A DNA stretch of 64,000 bases from Chloroflexota bacterium (GTDB taxonomy: Bacteria; Chloroflexota; Dehalococcoidia; Lucifugimonadales; Lucifugimonadaceae). Where the stretch lies: positions 8,847 through 72,846 of the forward strand of contig PBDR01000017.1 of NCBI GenBank assembly GCA_002717385.1. Reading direction: 5' to 3'. This document shows positions 1 through 10,977 of this stretch, in pieces (the stretch's first letter is position 1; the number at the start of each line of letters is the position of its first letter). The notes beneath the pieces were generated by a model. That model ran no database searches. It saw only the letters and a list, made by a program, of their open reading frames with translations, and had not been told where the DNA came from. Made by a program: the position numbers and the translations under genes.

Positions 1-1
1 T

Positions 2-1294
2 TTCCCAATTAGTGAACTAAGATTTGGTAGATCATTTATAAAAGCAATAGGACAAATTAAACTTTCTGCAGCTAAGGCTAATAAAGAATTAGGAGTCCTT
101 GACAATAAAATTGCTGACGCAATAATTGACGCTTCATTAAAAGTAATTAATGGTGATTTTGATGACGAATTTGTAGTAGATGTTTTCCAAACTGGTTCAG
201 GCACTTCTACTAATATGAATGCCAATGAAGTAATTTCAAATATAGCTATAGAATCACTTAACGGGAAATTAGGTTCTAAAGATCCTGTTCATCCTAATGA
301 TCATGTTAATAAAGGTCAATCTTCAAACGATGTAATTCCAACAACTATTCATTTGGCAGCAGCAGTATCAATAAAAAATAGTTTGATCCCAAGTTTAAAA
401 AAATTAGAAAGTTCTTTAGAAATAAAATCTCAAGAATTTTGGAATGTTGTTAAAACTGGTAGAACACATCTACAGGATGCAACGCCTATAAGACTTGGAC
501 AAGAATTCCTGGGATATAAAGGACAAATTAATCATAGTATTATTCGTGCAAAAAAAGCTCTTGAGGAATTATCAGCATTAGCACTTGGTGGGACAGCTGT
601 TGGAACCGGAATAGGAATGCACCCTGACTTTGCAAAAAAAGTGATTTCAAATTTAAAATCAGAAACAGACATAAATTTTTATGAGACGGAAAATCATTTT
701 CAATCTCAAAGTTCAATTGATAACTGCGTATCAGCTTCAGGAATAATGAAAACTATAGCTGTTAGTCTAATGAAAATTGCTAATGATATAAGATGGCTCG
801 GTTCCGGACCTAGAGCGGGTATAGGAGAGATTACTCTCCCAGAAGTTCAACCAGGTTCTTCAATAATGCCAGGAAAAGTTAATCCCGTAATAGCAGAATC
901 AGTAACAATGGTTTGCGCCCAGGTTATAGGAAACGACTCCACTATAACAATTGCTGGTCAATCAGGTAATTTCGAACTTAATGTAATGATGCCAGTTGCA
1001 GCTCATAATCTATTGGAATCCATTGATTTACTTTCTAAAGTATCTGAAAATTTTGCAATACAATGTATAGACGGATTAAAATCTACTAATCAAGGACCTA
1101 AAATGGTAATGAACGGTTTGGCAATATGTACAGCTTTGGCACCTATAATAGGATATGATAAAGCAGCAAAAATCGCTCATGAAGCATCTCATACTGGTGA
1201 AACCATTAAGGAAACAGCTTTAAGATTAACTAACCTTTCAGATTCTGAACTTGATAATATTCTTGAACCTTTAGGAATGACTGAACCAAAATAA
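2..1294 (+). CDS. fumC: Class II fumarate hydratase (5' end truncated by window edge)
   Basis: Frame is open from base 2 (FPISELRFGRSFIK...FQTGSGTSTNMNANEV). Motifs HPNDHVN, GRTHLQDA and GSSIMPGKVNP are present. Confidence 0.95.
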   Translation, partial: FPISELRFGRSFIKAIGQIKLSAAKANKELGVLDNKIADAIIDASLKVINGDFDDEFVVDVFQTGSGTSTNMNANEVISNIAIESLNGKLGSKDPVHPNDHVNKGQSSNDVIPTTIHLAAAVSIKNSLIPSLKKLESSLEIKSQEFWNVVKTGRTHLQDATPIRLGQEFLGYKGQINHSIIRAKKALEELSALALGGTAVGTGIGMHPDFAKKVISNLKSETDINFYETENHFQSQSSIDNCVSASGIMKTIAVSLMKIANDIRWLGSGPRAGIGEITLPEVQPGSSIMPGKVNPVIAESVTMVCAQVIGNDSTITIAGQSGNFELNVMMPVAAHNLLESIDLLSKVSENFAIQCIDGLKSTNQGPKMVMNGLAICTALAPIIGYDKAAKIAHEASHTGETIKETALRLTNLSDSELDNILEPLGMTEPK

Positions 1295-1310
1295 ATTAGG
1301 AGCTATTAAA

Positions 1311-1769
1311 ATGCAAATTGAAAAAAGATTAAAAAAACTAAATATACAATTACCCGATACACCAAAACCAATAGCAAATTACGTACCAAGTGTTAAAACA
1401 GGAAATTTAATTTTTTTATCTGGTCAAGGTCCTATGGATAAGGCAGGAAATTATATTTCTGGTAAAGTCGGTGTAGATTTTAATTTAGATGATGCATATG
1501 ATGCTGCACGTACAGTAGGATTACAACTAATATCCATACTAAAATCTGAAATACAAGATTTAGATAAAGTTAAAAGAATCGTTAAGCTTCTAGGAATGGT
1601 AAATGCAGGAGGAAATTTCACAGATCACCCTAAAGTAATTAATGGGTGTTCAGATTTGCTAGTTGCAGTTTTTGAAGCAAAAGGTAAACATGCAAGATCT
1701 GCTGTTGGAATGGGTAGCTTACCTGGAAATATCCCTGTTGAAATAGAAATGATAGTTGAAATTGAATAA
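1311..1769 (+). CDS. RidA/YjgF family protein
   Basis: ANYVP...LSGQGP, INGCSDLL..VF...GKHARSAVG, PVEIE; AGGAG RBS upstream. Confidence 0.9.
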   Translation: MQIEKRLKKLNIQLPDTPKPIANYVPSVKTGNLIFLSGQGPMDKAGNYISGKVGVDFNLDDAYDAARTVGLQLISILKSEIQDLDKVKRIVKLLGMVNAGGNFTDHPKVINGCSDLLVAVFEAKGKHARSAVGMGSLPGNIPVEIEMIVEIE

Positions 1770-1814
1770 TCATTTAAATCTCTTATTTAATAGAGATTTA
1801 AAATAGATTATCTT

Positions 1815-3008
1815 ATGGGTTCTTCGACTGTAGAAAATCTCAAACCCCTTATTTTTTCAGTTTACATTCCAACTTTTTTATTCGCAGTAGCTCAAGGTTT
1901 ATTAATTCCTATACTTCCTATTCATGCAAGAGATAATCTAGGTGCAAATGAAGCTCTAATTGGAATGGTAGTAGGCGCAAGATATCTAGGAGCAATGACT
2001 TTTGATATACCTTCAGGTATATTGATTTCATCTTTTGGTTTAAGAAAAACGATGATAACAGGAATTATAGTTTTTGCATTAGCATCAATTTGTGCAGCCC
2101 TTAGTCCAACAATATTACTTTTAATAATTTCAAGAATTACTGCTGGAATTAGCCTTTCATTATGGGGTATATCAAGACATTCATATATAGCAGTAAGTGT
2201 AAAATCTTCCATTAGAGGTAGAGCATTATCATTATTCGGTGGAATCGCAAGGATTGGCATGATTATTGGTCCAATATTGGGAGGTATATTAGCTCAATAT
2301 ACCAACATATTAATACCATTTTATACTCAAACATTAATAGCCATAATTATATTAATTCTAGCGTTATTTTCTGCACGTACTCTTACAATAAAATCAGATA
2401 CTTTTGATAATAATTTCTCTCTAAAAGCTACAATGTATACTTTTAGTAAATTTAGAAAAGATTTCTTTACATTAGGTGTTGTAGCAGTAGCAATTCAATT
2501 CCTAAGAGCCGCAAGAGAATTCATAATCCCTGTGTGGGGAGATGATATAGGTCTTCGAGTAGATGAAATAGGTTTTGTTACTGGAATATCATACCTTGTG
2601 GATGCATTAATGTTTCCTATAGCAGGGATAGTTATGGATAAATATGGTAGAAAATCATCCGCAATTCCAGCACTTATATTAATTGGCATATCACTTGCAT
2701 TAATTCCATTTTCTACAAGTTACTTACTTCTAATAATAGTTGGGATTATTGCTGGTATAGGTAATGGCATTTCTAGCGGATTAATTCTCACTATTGGATC
2801 TGATTTATCACCTAAAAATCGCCCTGGTGAATTTTTAGGGATATGGAGATTTATTTCTGATAGCGGAGGAGTTGTCGCACCTCTATATATAGGCTGGTTA
2901 GCTACAATAACTACCTTAGCTTTGTCGTCAACATTATCTTCAGGTATAGCTGTTTTTGGGTTATTACTAATTTTTATCTCAAAAGAGACAAAAGATAGAA
3001 ACGATTAA
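1815..3008 (+). CDS. MFS transporter
   Basis: About 12 hydrophobic segments; MFS loop motifs DKYGRK and RGRALS. Confidence 0.9.
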   Translation: MGSSTVENLKPLIFSVYIPTFLFAVAQGLLIPILPIHARDNLGANEALIGMVVGARYLGAMTFDIPSGILISSFGLRKTMITGIIVFALASICAALSPTILLLIISRITAGISLSLWGISRHSYIAVSVKSSIRGRALSLFGGIARIGMIIGPILGGILAQYTNILIPFYTQTLIAIIILILALFSARTLTIKSDTFDNNFSLKATMYTFSKFRKDFFTLGVVAVAIQFLRAAREFIIPVWGDDIGLRVDEIGFVTGISYLVDALMFPIAGIVMDKYGRKSSAIPALILIGISLALIPFSTSYLLLIIVGIIAGIGNGISSGLILTIGSDLSPKNRPGEFLGIWRFISDSGGVVAPLYIGWLATITTLALSSTLSSGIAVFGLLLIFISKETKDRND

Positions 3009-3860
3009 CTACAGATTTGTTTCAACCAATTCAATCAAATCTGATATACACACAGAATCTTCCTTAGGACTTCTTCCATCAACCCAATCCTTTGATTCTC
3101 CCGACATACCTTCTACAGCTCCATGTTCCACACTTTTTTTAACCCATTGATATGCTTCATCAACAGTTGGAAGTAAATTCATTCCTGTTTTAATTGACAT
3201 ATCGGCAACTAAACCATAACCTCCCCAATTAGAACAACTAGCAATTATTAATTCTTTAGTAGTTGTAACACATGGATCTTTAGGTAGATTTTTTATAGTT
3301 GGTATAACCTTTTTTAAATTTCCCATTCCTATTTCATTACCACCATCACCTATACCGATAGTATATGGATGTTGGTCAAATAAATGATCTATTTTTGCAT
3401 TATATTCTGAAAAATCTTCTCCTCTCCAATTCCTATAAGTTCCATCATTCAATAAACCTGCTCGCTCAATTGATAAGATAACACCAATATTCCTGCTATT
3501 GAGTAAATTTTCTGAAAAAAGTGCTGATTCTCTATGTGAAGTAATAGGAAATTTAATTACTTCTAAATCGCCTGCGAGAGCCTTAAGGACTTGATAAGAA
3601 TATTCATCTGTGACCAATGAAGTTTTTAAACCAATTTTATTTAAAGCATTTGAAATTGCGATAGCACCAGGTGGCCCATCAGTTTCTGGAGATTTTGCTT
3701 TTAAAATATAAAAACCTGTAACAATTAAAATCTCTCCTTCAGATTTAAGAAGTAAATCAGAGGCATTCGATACATAATTTTCACACATAAACTCACTTAA
3801 ATGTTTCATCCCTCTAAAATCTTCTTGAAGAATTATGTCTTGTATCTTTTTGTAAATCAT
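3009..3860 (-). CDS. DUF4392 family protein (D-glutamate cyclase C-terminal-like domain)
   Basis: TGF...ETDGPPGA, IERAG, GIGDGGNEIGMG and SNWGGYGL motifs. Confidence 0.85.
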   Translation of the reverse strand: MIYKKIQDIILQEDFRGMKHLSEFMCENYVSNASDLLLKSEGEILIVTGFYILKAKSPETDGPPGAIAISNALNKIGLKTSLVTDEYSYQVLKALAGDLEVIKFPITSHRESALFSENLLNSRNIGVILSIERAGLLNDGTYRNWRGEDFSEYNAKIDHLFDQHPYTIGIGDGGNEIGMGNLKKVIPTIKNLPKDPCVTTTKELIIASCSNWGGYGLVADMSIKTGMNLLPTVDEAYQWVKKSVEHGAVEGMSGESKDWVDGRSPKEDSVCISDLIELVETNL

Positions 3861-3871
3861 CTCTAAAAAAA

Positions 3872-4672
3872 TTAGATCATTGCTATCTGTTCATCATTAA
3901 CATCTGTCACAAACATATGGCCAGGAAAATGTGTAATCATTAATTTAGGCTTACTTTGCAACACAACTGCCTGAGGAGTAACACCACATGCCCAAAAAAC
4001 TGGTATGTCATCATGATTTATTTTTGTATAAGGATCCCCATAGTCAGGATTTGACAAATCCTCTATCCCTATCTTATCTGGTTCTCCTATATGAATTGGA
4101 GCTCCATGAACTGTTGGAAATCGGGATGTCGATTGAATAGATCTGACAAGTTTATCTCGTGGTATCCATCTCTGGCTAACTACTAAAGGACCTGAAAACA
4201 ATCCTGATGGTTCTGTTTGAATGTTAGTTATGAACATGGGTACATTCTTTCCAGAATTATAATATGGCAAATCAATACCATTTCTAACCAATGAATGCTC
4301 AAAGGTAAAACTACAACCTAACAAGAATGTAACAAGGTTATCATCCCAAAAGTCAAGGATATCTAAAGGTTCTGATATAAGTTGACCATTTTGATAAACC
4401 TTATATCTAGGTACATCAGTCCTAATATCTGAATTAGGTGCAGAAATTTTTGCATTGTAGCTACCTACATCAAAAACTTCAATGACTGGGCATGGTTTAG
4501 GATTTCTTTGGCAAAAAACCAAAAAATCGAATGCATATTCTTTAGGAAGAATAACTACATTCGATTGAACATAATTTGGTGCATGCCCACTTGTAGTATC
4601 AGAAAACCTACCATTTCGCGCAGATTCTCTTATTTTTTTACCAGTTGTATAAATTTCCAAAATAAATTCCAA
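3872..4672 (-). CDS. DUF1445 putative hydro-lyase (D-glutamate cyclase family, YcsI-like)
   Basis: FCQRNPKPCP, DIRTDVPRY, GCSFTFE, HGAPIHIG, PVFWACGVTPQ and THFPGHMFVTD. Confidence 0.9.
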   Translation of the reverse strand: MEFILEIYTTGKKIRESARNGRFSDTTSGHAPNYVQSNVVILPKEYAFDFLVFCQRNPKPCPVIEVFDVGSYNAKISAPNSDIRTDVPRYKVYQNGQLISEPLDILDFWDDNLVTFLLGCSFTFEHSLVRNGIDLPYYNSGKNVPMFITNIQTEPSGLFSGPLVVSQRWIPRDKLVRSIQSTSRFPTVHGAPIHIGEPDKIGIEDLSNPDYGDPYTKINHDDIPVFWACGVTPQAVVLQSKPKLMITHFPGHMFVTDVNDEQIAMI

Positions 4673-4758
4673 TTAATAGTTATTTAAAAGTAAAATAAAA
4701 ATTTGTTTGTGTATATCTTATTTATACACAGTATAAAAAATTTTGACGGAAAGAAAAA

Positions 4759-5913
4759 ATGAAAATCAAAAGGATCGACCAATTTTCACCAAGACCTAGA
4801 ACCAGATTAATTAGAATTTCGACTGATATTGGAATAGATGGATGGGCTGAAAGTACTCTCGAAGGAAAACCTAAGTCTGTAACTGCAGCAATAGAAGAAT
4901 ATTCAGAATATTTAATTGGTAAAAACCCACTTACCATAGAAAAACATTGGCAACAAATGTATAGATCGGCTTTTTTTAGAGGAGGTGTTCATAATATGAG
5001 TGCTATAGCTGCTATAGATGCGGCACTTTGGGATATTGCAGGAAAACATTATAATGTCCCTAGTTACAATCTTATGGGGGGAAAAGTTAGAGATAAGATC
5101 AGAGTATATGCTCATTGGGGATTGCAGGATCTAAGTGATGAATCAAAATCTGCTTCTAAAGAAAGGTTGAAACATTTATCAAAACTTGGATACACGGCTT
5201 ATAAGTCTGGTCCTCCAGGATTATGGCGAGCTCACGAACCTCCATCAAGAATAGATGAATTCGTAGAAATAGCTTACACACTTAGAGAATGGGTTGGATC
5301 AGAGGTTGAATTATGTTTTGATTTTCATGGGAAGATGACCCCAGCTCTCGCGATAGAAGTATGTAATGAAATTAAAGGTATGAGACCAATGTTCGTCGAA
5401 GAACCTGTCCCTCAGGAAAACCCTGAAGCTCTAAAATTGGTTTCCGATCATGTAACTTTTCCAATTGCTACTGGTGAAAGATTACTTAACAGATGGGAAT
5501 TTAGAGAAGTAATCCAATCTCAGGCAGTGGCGCTTTTACAACCTGATGTAGCGCATTGTGGGGGTCCATCCGAGTTAAAAAAAATAGCTAATTTTGCTGA
5601 AATATATTATCAACATATAATGCCACATTGTGCAATTGGACCACTAGCTCTTGCAGCATGTATGTTAGTTGATTCGGTAGTACCAAATTTTCTAATTCAG
5701 GAACAAGTAGATCAAGCATTAGGTAATGGGTTATTAAAAGAAGACTGGAAAGTTGAATCTGGACATATCACTTTATGGAAAAAACCTGGACTAGGAGTTG
5801 AAGTCGATGAAAATGAAGCAACAAAAAATTATAACGGTCCAGAATATGGATATCATGCTGAACTTGGAGGAGAAACCTATTTTAAAGATGACAATTCGGT
5901 TGCAGACTGGTAA
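4759..5913 (+). CDS. Enolase-superfamily acid-sugar dehydratase (galactonate dehydratase DgoD-like)
   Basis: AIDAALWDIAGK; metal ligands in DFHG, EEP and GER; QPD and PHC. Confidence 0.85.
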   Translation: MKIKRIDQFSPRPRTRLIRISTDIGIDGWAESTLEGKPKSVTAAIEEYSEYLIGKNPLTIEKHWQQMYRSAFFRGGVHNMSAIAAIDAALWDIAGKHYNVPSYNLMGGKVRDKIRVYAHWGLQDLSDESKSASKERLKHLSKLGYTAYKSGPPGLWRAHEPPSRIDEFVEIAYTLREWVGSEVELCFDFHGKMTPALAIEVCNEIKGMRPMFVEEPVPQENPEALKLVSDHVTFPIATGERLLNRWEFREVIQSQAVALLQPDVAHCGGPSELKKIANFAEIYYQHIMPHCAIGPLALAACMLVDSVVPNFLIQEQVDQALGNGLLKEDWKVESGHITLWKKPGLGVEVDENEATKNYNGPEYGYHAELGGETYFKDDNSVADW

Positions 5914-5949
5914 ACAAAAAACATACTAGATTTTTTCTTAATTCTGTTT

Positions 5950-7131
5950 CTATAAAAATGCATCCCATTCACGTGGGCTGGAAGTTAGAATTTCGCATCC
6001 ATCTTCAGTAACTAAAGTAGTATCTTCAATGTTAATGCTACCAACACCTTTAACCCTCATAGTAGGCTCCACCACAACTATCATTCCAGGTTCCAACGGC
6101 TTATCTGACCCTTCTACTAAAAAAGGAGGTTCATGCGCTACTCTCCCTAATGAATGACCTGCTTGTGGAGTCAAGGAATCATATCCCTCTTCTTCAAACA
6201 TTTGCATCGTTAAACGATATAGATCTGATGGCAATACACCTGGACGTACAGTTGCTCTCAATTCCTTGTTCATTCGTAAAATTGCAGCATGGGCCCTTTT
6301 TGCTTCATCAGAAAGACCACCATTCCATGCAAGTGATCTAGATTGATCAGATACATAACCGTTCCACCAACCACTAGCGTCTATTCTAAGTATCTCACCC
6401 TTCTTTAATTTCTCTTCAGTGGGACCGGCGAACAAAGCACCTTTAGGCCCAAAACCTACATCTGTCCATAAGTGGCGAGAAGCACGTTCTGCAAAAGCTA
6501 CTCCAAGATAACGCTCCAAATCCCATTCGGTCATACCTTCATAGGCTATTTTCTCATAAATAGAATTAATCACTTCACTTGTTATGTCTGATGCTTTTCT
6601 TATACGATTAATTTCTTCCTTTGATTTGATCATTCGTAACTCCCAAAGGATAGGCTCTGCGTCCACTAATGTGGCCATCGGTAAAAATTCCCTTAAATCC
6701 TCAGCGAATTGCATTTCTATATGGCGCCATTCTACTCCAATCCGCCCTTTATCAAGATTTTTTTCTCGTAAAACTTGTGCGACCCTTGCTATCGGATTAT
6801 CAGCAGAATCCATTTGGTTATCTGAACCATCAACAACAAAAAGGGGACCCCAATAACGAACATCTTTTATCCAAATATTGTAATTCTCTGGATACCCAGT
6901 TTGTGAAGATGGAGCGATATAAAACGGATCAATATTTTCATCTTTTGGAAGACCAACAAATGAGGCGGCATAATTTTCTCCATCCTCTGTCAGAAAATTT
7001 TCCTTATCAAACCATCTCATCCATTCAACATCAGTTAAGTATTCAACATTAGGTTTTGTTCCAGCTAATATCACATCAATATTGCGTAAATGCATTGCAC
7101 TGGATAATTTTTCGTAATCAAAAAGTCGCAT
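5950..7131 (-). CDS. M24 family (Xaa-Pro peptidase/creatinase-like) metallohydrolase
   Basis: RMIKSKEEI, RIDA, SDQSRS, GHSLG..HEPP, VEP and IED; all metal ligands intact. Confidence 0.88.
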   Translation of the reverse strand: MRLFDYEKLSSAMHLRNIDVILAGTKPNVEYLTDVEWMRWFDKENFLTEDGENYAASFVGLPKDENIDPFYIAPSSQTGYPENYNIWIKDVRYWGPLFVVDGSDNQMDSADNPIARVAQVLREKNLDKGRIGVEWRHIEMQFAEDLREFLPMATLVDAEPILWELRMIKSKEEINRIRKASDITSEVINSIYEKIAYEGMTEWDLERYLGVAFAERASRHLWTDVGFGPKGALFAGPTEEKLKKGEILRIDASGWWNGYVSDQSRSLAWNGGLSDEAKRAHAAILRMNKELRATVRPGVLPSDLYRLTMQMFEEEGYDSLTPQAGHSLGRVAHEPPFLVEGSDKPLEPGMIVVVEPTMRVKGVGSINIEDTTLVTEDGCEILTSSPREWDAFL

Positions 7132-7185
7132 ATTCTTTATCAGAATTTAGTTTATTACTTACAAAGTTAAATTAAAAGATAAAAT

Positions 7186-8022
7186 TTAATTCAATATTGC
7201 TCCACCATTAACATTTATGGCTTGACCAGTTATTTTACTAGCATCATCTGAAGATAAGAAAGCTACTGTCTTCCCAATATGATGTGGAGTTTGTGGTCGG
7301 CCTAGCGGCATGTATCCTTTAATCAACTCTAAAAATATTTCATAAGGAGAATAATCAGCATAATCAGGGTTAGTTTCTTTATGGTTAATAGCAATAGATT
7401 CCCAAATTGAAGTCCATAAACGTCCAGGACATACCGCATTTACGTTAATATTATATCTACCTAAATCTATGGCCATCTGATGCATATATTGAATGGCAGC
7501 TGCCTTTGAAACCATATAAGGATGTTGTCCGGTTCCTCTTCCTTTTTCTCCTACCCCTCTAGGTTTACGTCCACCATGGGAGGCTATTATCACTATTTTT
7601 CCAGATTCTTTTGATATCATATCTCCTTTAACTGCTTCAACAGTATTTACAACCCCTTTAACATTAACTCCCCAAGTAGATTCCCAATCTTCATCTATAA
7701 AATTCTTTCTGTTTTCGAATCCTTTTGAACCAATTACACCTGCATTCGGAACACAAATATCAATTTTCCCATATTGATCAATAACTTTATCCACAAAAGT
7801 TTTTATAGAATCTTGATTAGTAACATCCACAGATCCTAAAATTATTTCTTTACCATTATCTGATACAGATTTTTCTAAATTAAGAAAATCTTTTTTATCT
7901 AAATCACAAACTGCCAAAATAGCACCACGTTCAGACAAAATTTCAGCTATACCTTGACCTATTCCTCTTGCAGCGCCAGTAATAAAAGCAACTTTACCAT
8001 GTAAATCAGTTGAAGTTGTCAT
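7186..8022 (-). CDS. Short-chain dehydrogenase/reductase
   Basis: TGAARGIG, PNAG, YxxxK (YMVSK), NAVCPG and ITGQAINVNGG. Confidence 0.92.
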   Translation of the reverse strand: MTTSTDLHGKVAFITGAARGIGQGIAEILSERGAILAVCDLDKKDFLNLEKSVSDNGKEIILGSVDVTNQDSIKTFVDKVIDQYGKIDICVPNAGVIGSKGFENRKNFIDEDWESTWGVNVKGVVNTVEAVKGDMISKESGKIVIIASHGGRKPRGVGEKGRGTGQHPYMVSKAAAIQYMHQMAIDLGRYNINVNAVCPGRLWTSIWESIAINHKETNPDYADYSPYEIFLELIKGYMPLGRPQTPHHIGKTVAFLSSDDASKITGQAINVNGGAILN

Positions 8023-8179
8023 AAGTTCCTCCGAATATAAACTATCAAATTTGATAAATAATAAAACACATAGAAAAACACAATTATTGTATATTATGAT
8101 TCTTCATATTGTAATTATATTAAACTAACACCTAAAATTAAATTATTATAACTTTACTTCCTACTATAACCTAAAAAAA

Positions 8180-9517
8180 TTGCCAAATTACAATACAAAT
8201 AACACAAAATTAGAATCATTAGTTTCTTTAGCAAAAAGAAGAGGTTTTATTTTTCAGAGTTCCGAAATTTATGGGGGCTTGGCTAGTACATGGGACTACG
8301 GGCCTATAGGGGTAGAATTAAAACGTAATGTTAAGGAACAATGGTGGAAATCTTTTGTAACAAATAGAGAAGATATAGTAGGTATTGATGCTTCTATACT
8401 CATGCATCCTTCAGTCTGGGAAGCATCAGGACACTTAAATAATTTTTCTGATCCACTAGTAGAATGCAAAAAATGTAAAAAAAGATTCCGCGAGGATATG
8501 ATTGAATCTAATTCTTGTCCTGAATGTAATGGTGAATTAGGTGAATCTAGACAATTCAACCTTATGTTCAAAACATTTATGGGTCCTATAGAAAACGAAT
8601 CATCAATTGTTTATATGCGTCCAGAAACAGCTCAAGCAATGTTCGTTAATTTTGACAATGTTCAAACCACTACCAGAAAAAAAATACCTTTTGGAATAGC
8701 TCAAATAGGAAAATCATTCAGAAATGAAATCACTCCTGGAAATTTTACATATAGGACCAGAGAATTTGAACAAATGGAAATGGAATATTTTTGCGCGCCA
8801 CAAAATGATGAAAAATGGTACAAATATTGGATAGAATTTTCACTTAACTGGTTCATTTCACGTGGTATCAGAAAAGATAAATTAAGAATTAGAAAACATA
8901 CAAATAATGAAATTCCTCATTACTCTAAAGGTTCTTCCGATATAGAATTTAAATTTCCATGGGGATGGGGGGAATTAGAAACTATTTCTAACAGAACTGA
9001 CTATGATTTAAAAGCTCATTCAAAAAAAAGTGGAAAAGATTTGACATATTTTGATCAAATTAATAACGAACGTTTTTTCCCTTACGTAATTGAACCAGCT
9101 ATGGGAGCCGATAGATCTACATTAGCTTTCCTCTCTGATGCTTATGATGAAGAAAATCACAAAAAAGAAAAAAGAACTGTCCTCAGATTTCATCCAGAAA
9201 TAGCACCTATAACAGTCGCAGTTTTACCTTTATCCAGAAATGAAAAACTAATTCCTATGTCAAAAAAAATATACGAATCATTACTTGGTAAATTCAATGT
9301 AGAATATGATGATTCCCAAAGCATAGGTCGTAGGTACAGGCGTCAAGATGAAATAGGTACTCCGTTATGTATCACTATAGATTTTGAAACTATAGAAAAA
9401 GATAATTCAATAACCATTAGAAATCGCGACAATATGGAACAAATAAGAATTAGTACTGATAATTTACTAAAAGGAATTAATGATCAATTAGAATCGATAA
9501 AAAATTCTTATATTTAA
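8180..9517 (+). CDS. glyQS: Glycine--tRNA ligase (alpha2 type)
   Basis: [48 protein letters not shown] and [14 protein letters not shown]. Confidence 0.97.
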   Translation: MPNYNTNNTKLESLVSLAKRRGFIFQSSEIYGGLASTWDYGPIGVELKRNVKEQWWKSFVTNREDIVGIDASILMHPSVWEASGHLNNFSDPLVECKKCKKRFREDMIESNSCPECNGELGESRQFNLMFKTFMGPIENESSIVYMRPETAQAMFVNFDNVQTTTRKKIPFGIAQIGKSFRNEITPGNFTYRTREFEQMEMEYFCAPQNDEKWYKYWIEFSLNWFISRGIRKDKLRIRKHTNNEIPHYSKGSSDIEFKFPWGWGELETISNRTDYDLKAHSKKSGKDLTYFDQINNERFFPYVIEPAMGADRSTLAFLSDAYDEENHKKEKRTVLRFHPEIAPITVAVLPLSRNEKLIPMSKKIYESLLGKFNVEYDDSQSIGRRYRRQDEIGTPLCITIDFETIEKDNSITIRNRDNMEQIRISTDNLLKGINDQLESIKNSYI

Positions 9518-9525
9518 ATAAATAT

Positions 9526-10029
9526 ATGCGAGTTATATCTAATTATTTTTTACTATTTTCAATTTTTTCAATTTTTATTCTAAGTTGTAATGCTGATAAT
9601 ATTCAAAAAGAGGAGAAACATCATTTTTCATACACTGGCGAGACACTTTTTGGAGAAAAGTATGACAGTAAAAAATTTTTAGGAAAACCTATGATAATAA
9701 ATTTTTGGTTTCCCTCTTGTCCACCTTGCACATATGAATTTGAAATTTTGGAAAAAACTTACCAACAATATAATAATTCAATAGGATTCCTAGGAGTAAT
9801 GCAACTTGGATTAGACACTGAAGATGACGGTAGAAAATTTATGACTGAAAGAAACATATCATTTCAATCTATATCTGACAATGAAAATATTATAAATAAA
9901 TATGATATAAATTATTTTCCTACTACACTATTTTTAGATAAAAATCATAACGTAGTTGATTCATGGATAGGGGTAATAGATGAAAAAAATTTTACTGAAA
10001 AGTTAAAAGAGTTAAAATTATCGAAATAG
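9526..10029 (+). CDS. TlpA/ResA-like thiol-disulfide oxidoreductase lipoprotein
   Basis: Lipobox-like ILSC, INFWFPSCPPCxxE and the cis-Pro motif FPTT. Confidence 0.85.
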   Translation: MRVISNYFLLFSIFSIFILSCNADNIQKEEKHHFSYTGETLFGEKYDSKKFLGKPMIINFWFPSCPPCTYEFEILEKTYQQYNNSIGFLGVMQLGLDTEDDGRKFMTERNISFQSISDNENIINKYDINYFPTTLFLDKNHNVVDSWIGVIDEKNFTEKLKELKLSK

Positions 10030-10031
10030 TA

Positions 10032-10496
10032 ATGGATATTAGCGAATACATAATAACTTTTTCAAGATGGTTACACATCGTAGGTGCAAGTATATGGTTA
10101 GGAGGCACTGCAGTATATTCATTAATATTGAATCCTGTAAAAAAAACCAATCCTTCTTATAAAAATCTTTTCAAAGAAATCAATACTAAATACAAAGAAA
10201 TAATCAATATCTCTATAATAATTTTATTAGTCAGTGGTGTAATCATGATGTTTGAAAGAATCACAGGTTCCCCACCACCAACTCTATGGTTTATATTTCT
10301 CTTTATTAAGATATTTTTAGCTATAATAATTATGTTTTTATCATGGAGATTAAGAAAAAAAATAACTACCACTTCCAAAAATTCTTTCATTGAAAAAATA
10401 AGTGATTTATTAGGTTATAACTTAATTTTAGCTTTGGGAGCGATTATTTTTTTAATAGCTTCATATTTAAGAACCATTTTGGAAAATAATCTATAA
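10032..10496 (+). CDS. Four-TM membrane protein (CopD/DUF4149-like)
   Basis: WLHIVGASIWLGG first helix, LLVSG, and four hydrophobic segments. Confidence 0.65.
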   Translation: MDISEYIITFSRWLHIVGASIWLGGTAVYSLILNPVKKTNPSYKNLFKEINTKYKEIINISIIILLVSGVIMMFERITGSPPPTLWFIFLFIKIFLAIIIMFLSWRLRKKITTTSKNSFIEKISDLLGYNLILALGAIIFLIASYLRTILENNL

Positions 10497-10976
10497 TTTT
10501 TTTAAATTATGATATGGCAAAGTTTTAAGAAGTTCTCCAATTGTTTTTTGTTCAATTGGATGAATAGTTTGGGAATCAATTTCATTCAATGGTATTAATA
10601 CAAATGGTCTTATATGCATAAGCGGATGAGGAATGGTCAATGTTTTTGTATTTATGATTTTATCTTCATACAATAAAAGATCAATATCTATAGTGCGAGG
10701 TAGCTTTTTCTTTTTATTCTCTCTGCCCAAATCAAATTCAATTTGATTCATATCATCCATTAGTTCATTAGGCGAAAATGTAGTCGAAATTTTTAAGACC
10801 ATATTAATATATTCACCTTGAATATTATCAACCCTCCAAGGAGGATTTTCATATAAAGAACTAGAGCAAACAATTAAATGTTTAGAGGAGATTTCCTTGA
10901 TCGTTTTTTTTAAATACTTTTTACGATCTCCCAAATTTGAACCTAATCCTAAATATACAATATGTTCAAGCTTAAT
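10491..10976 (-). CDS. folK: 2-amino-4-hydroxy-6-hydroxymethyldihydropteridine diphosphokinase
   Basis: PRTIDIDLL and IPHPLMHIRPFVLIPL. The conserved N-terminus VYLGLGSNLGD lies upstream of the ORF-track start (10934), so the start is extended to an in-frame ATT (10976 or 10982). Confidence 0.9.
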   Translation of the reverse strand: MKLEHIVYLGLGSNLGDRKKYLKKTIKEISSKHLIVCSSSLYENPPWRVDNIQGEYINMVLKISTTFSPNELMDDMNQIEFDLGRENKKKKLPRTIDIDLLLYEDKIINTKTLTIPHPLMHIRPFVLIPLNEIDSQTIHPIEQKTIGELLKTLPYHNLKKL

Positions 10977-10977
10977 A

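Noticed and set aside
8023..8179. T-box leader upstream of glyQS
   Set aside because: The region is short and extremely AT-rich, with no T-box consensus or terminator/antiterminator.
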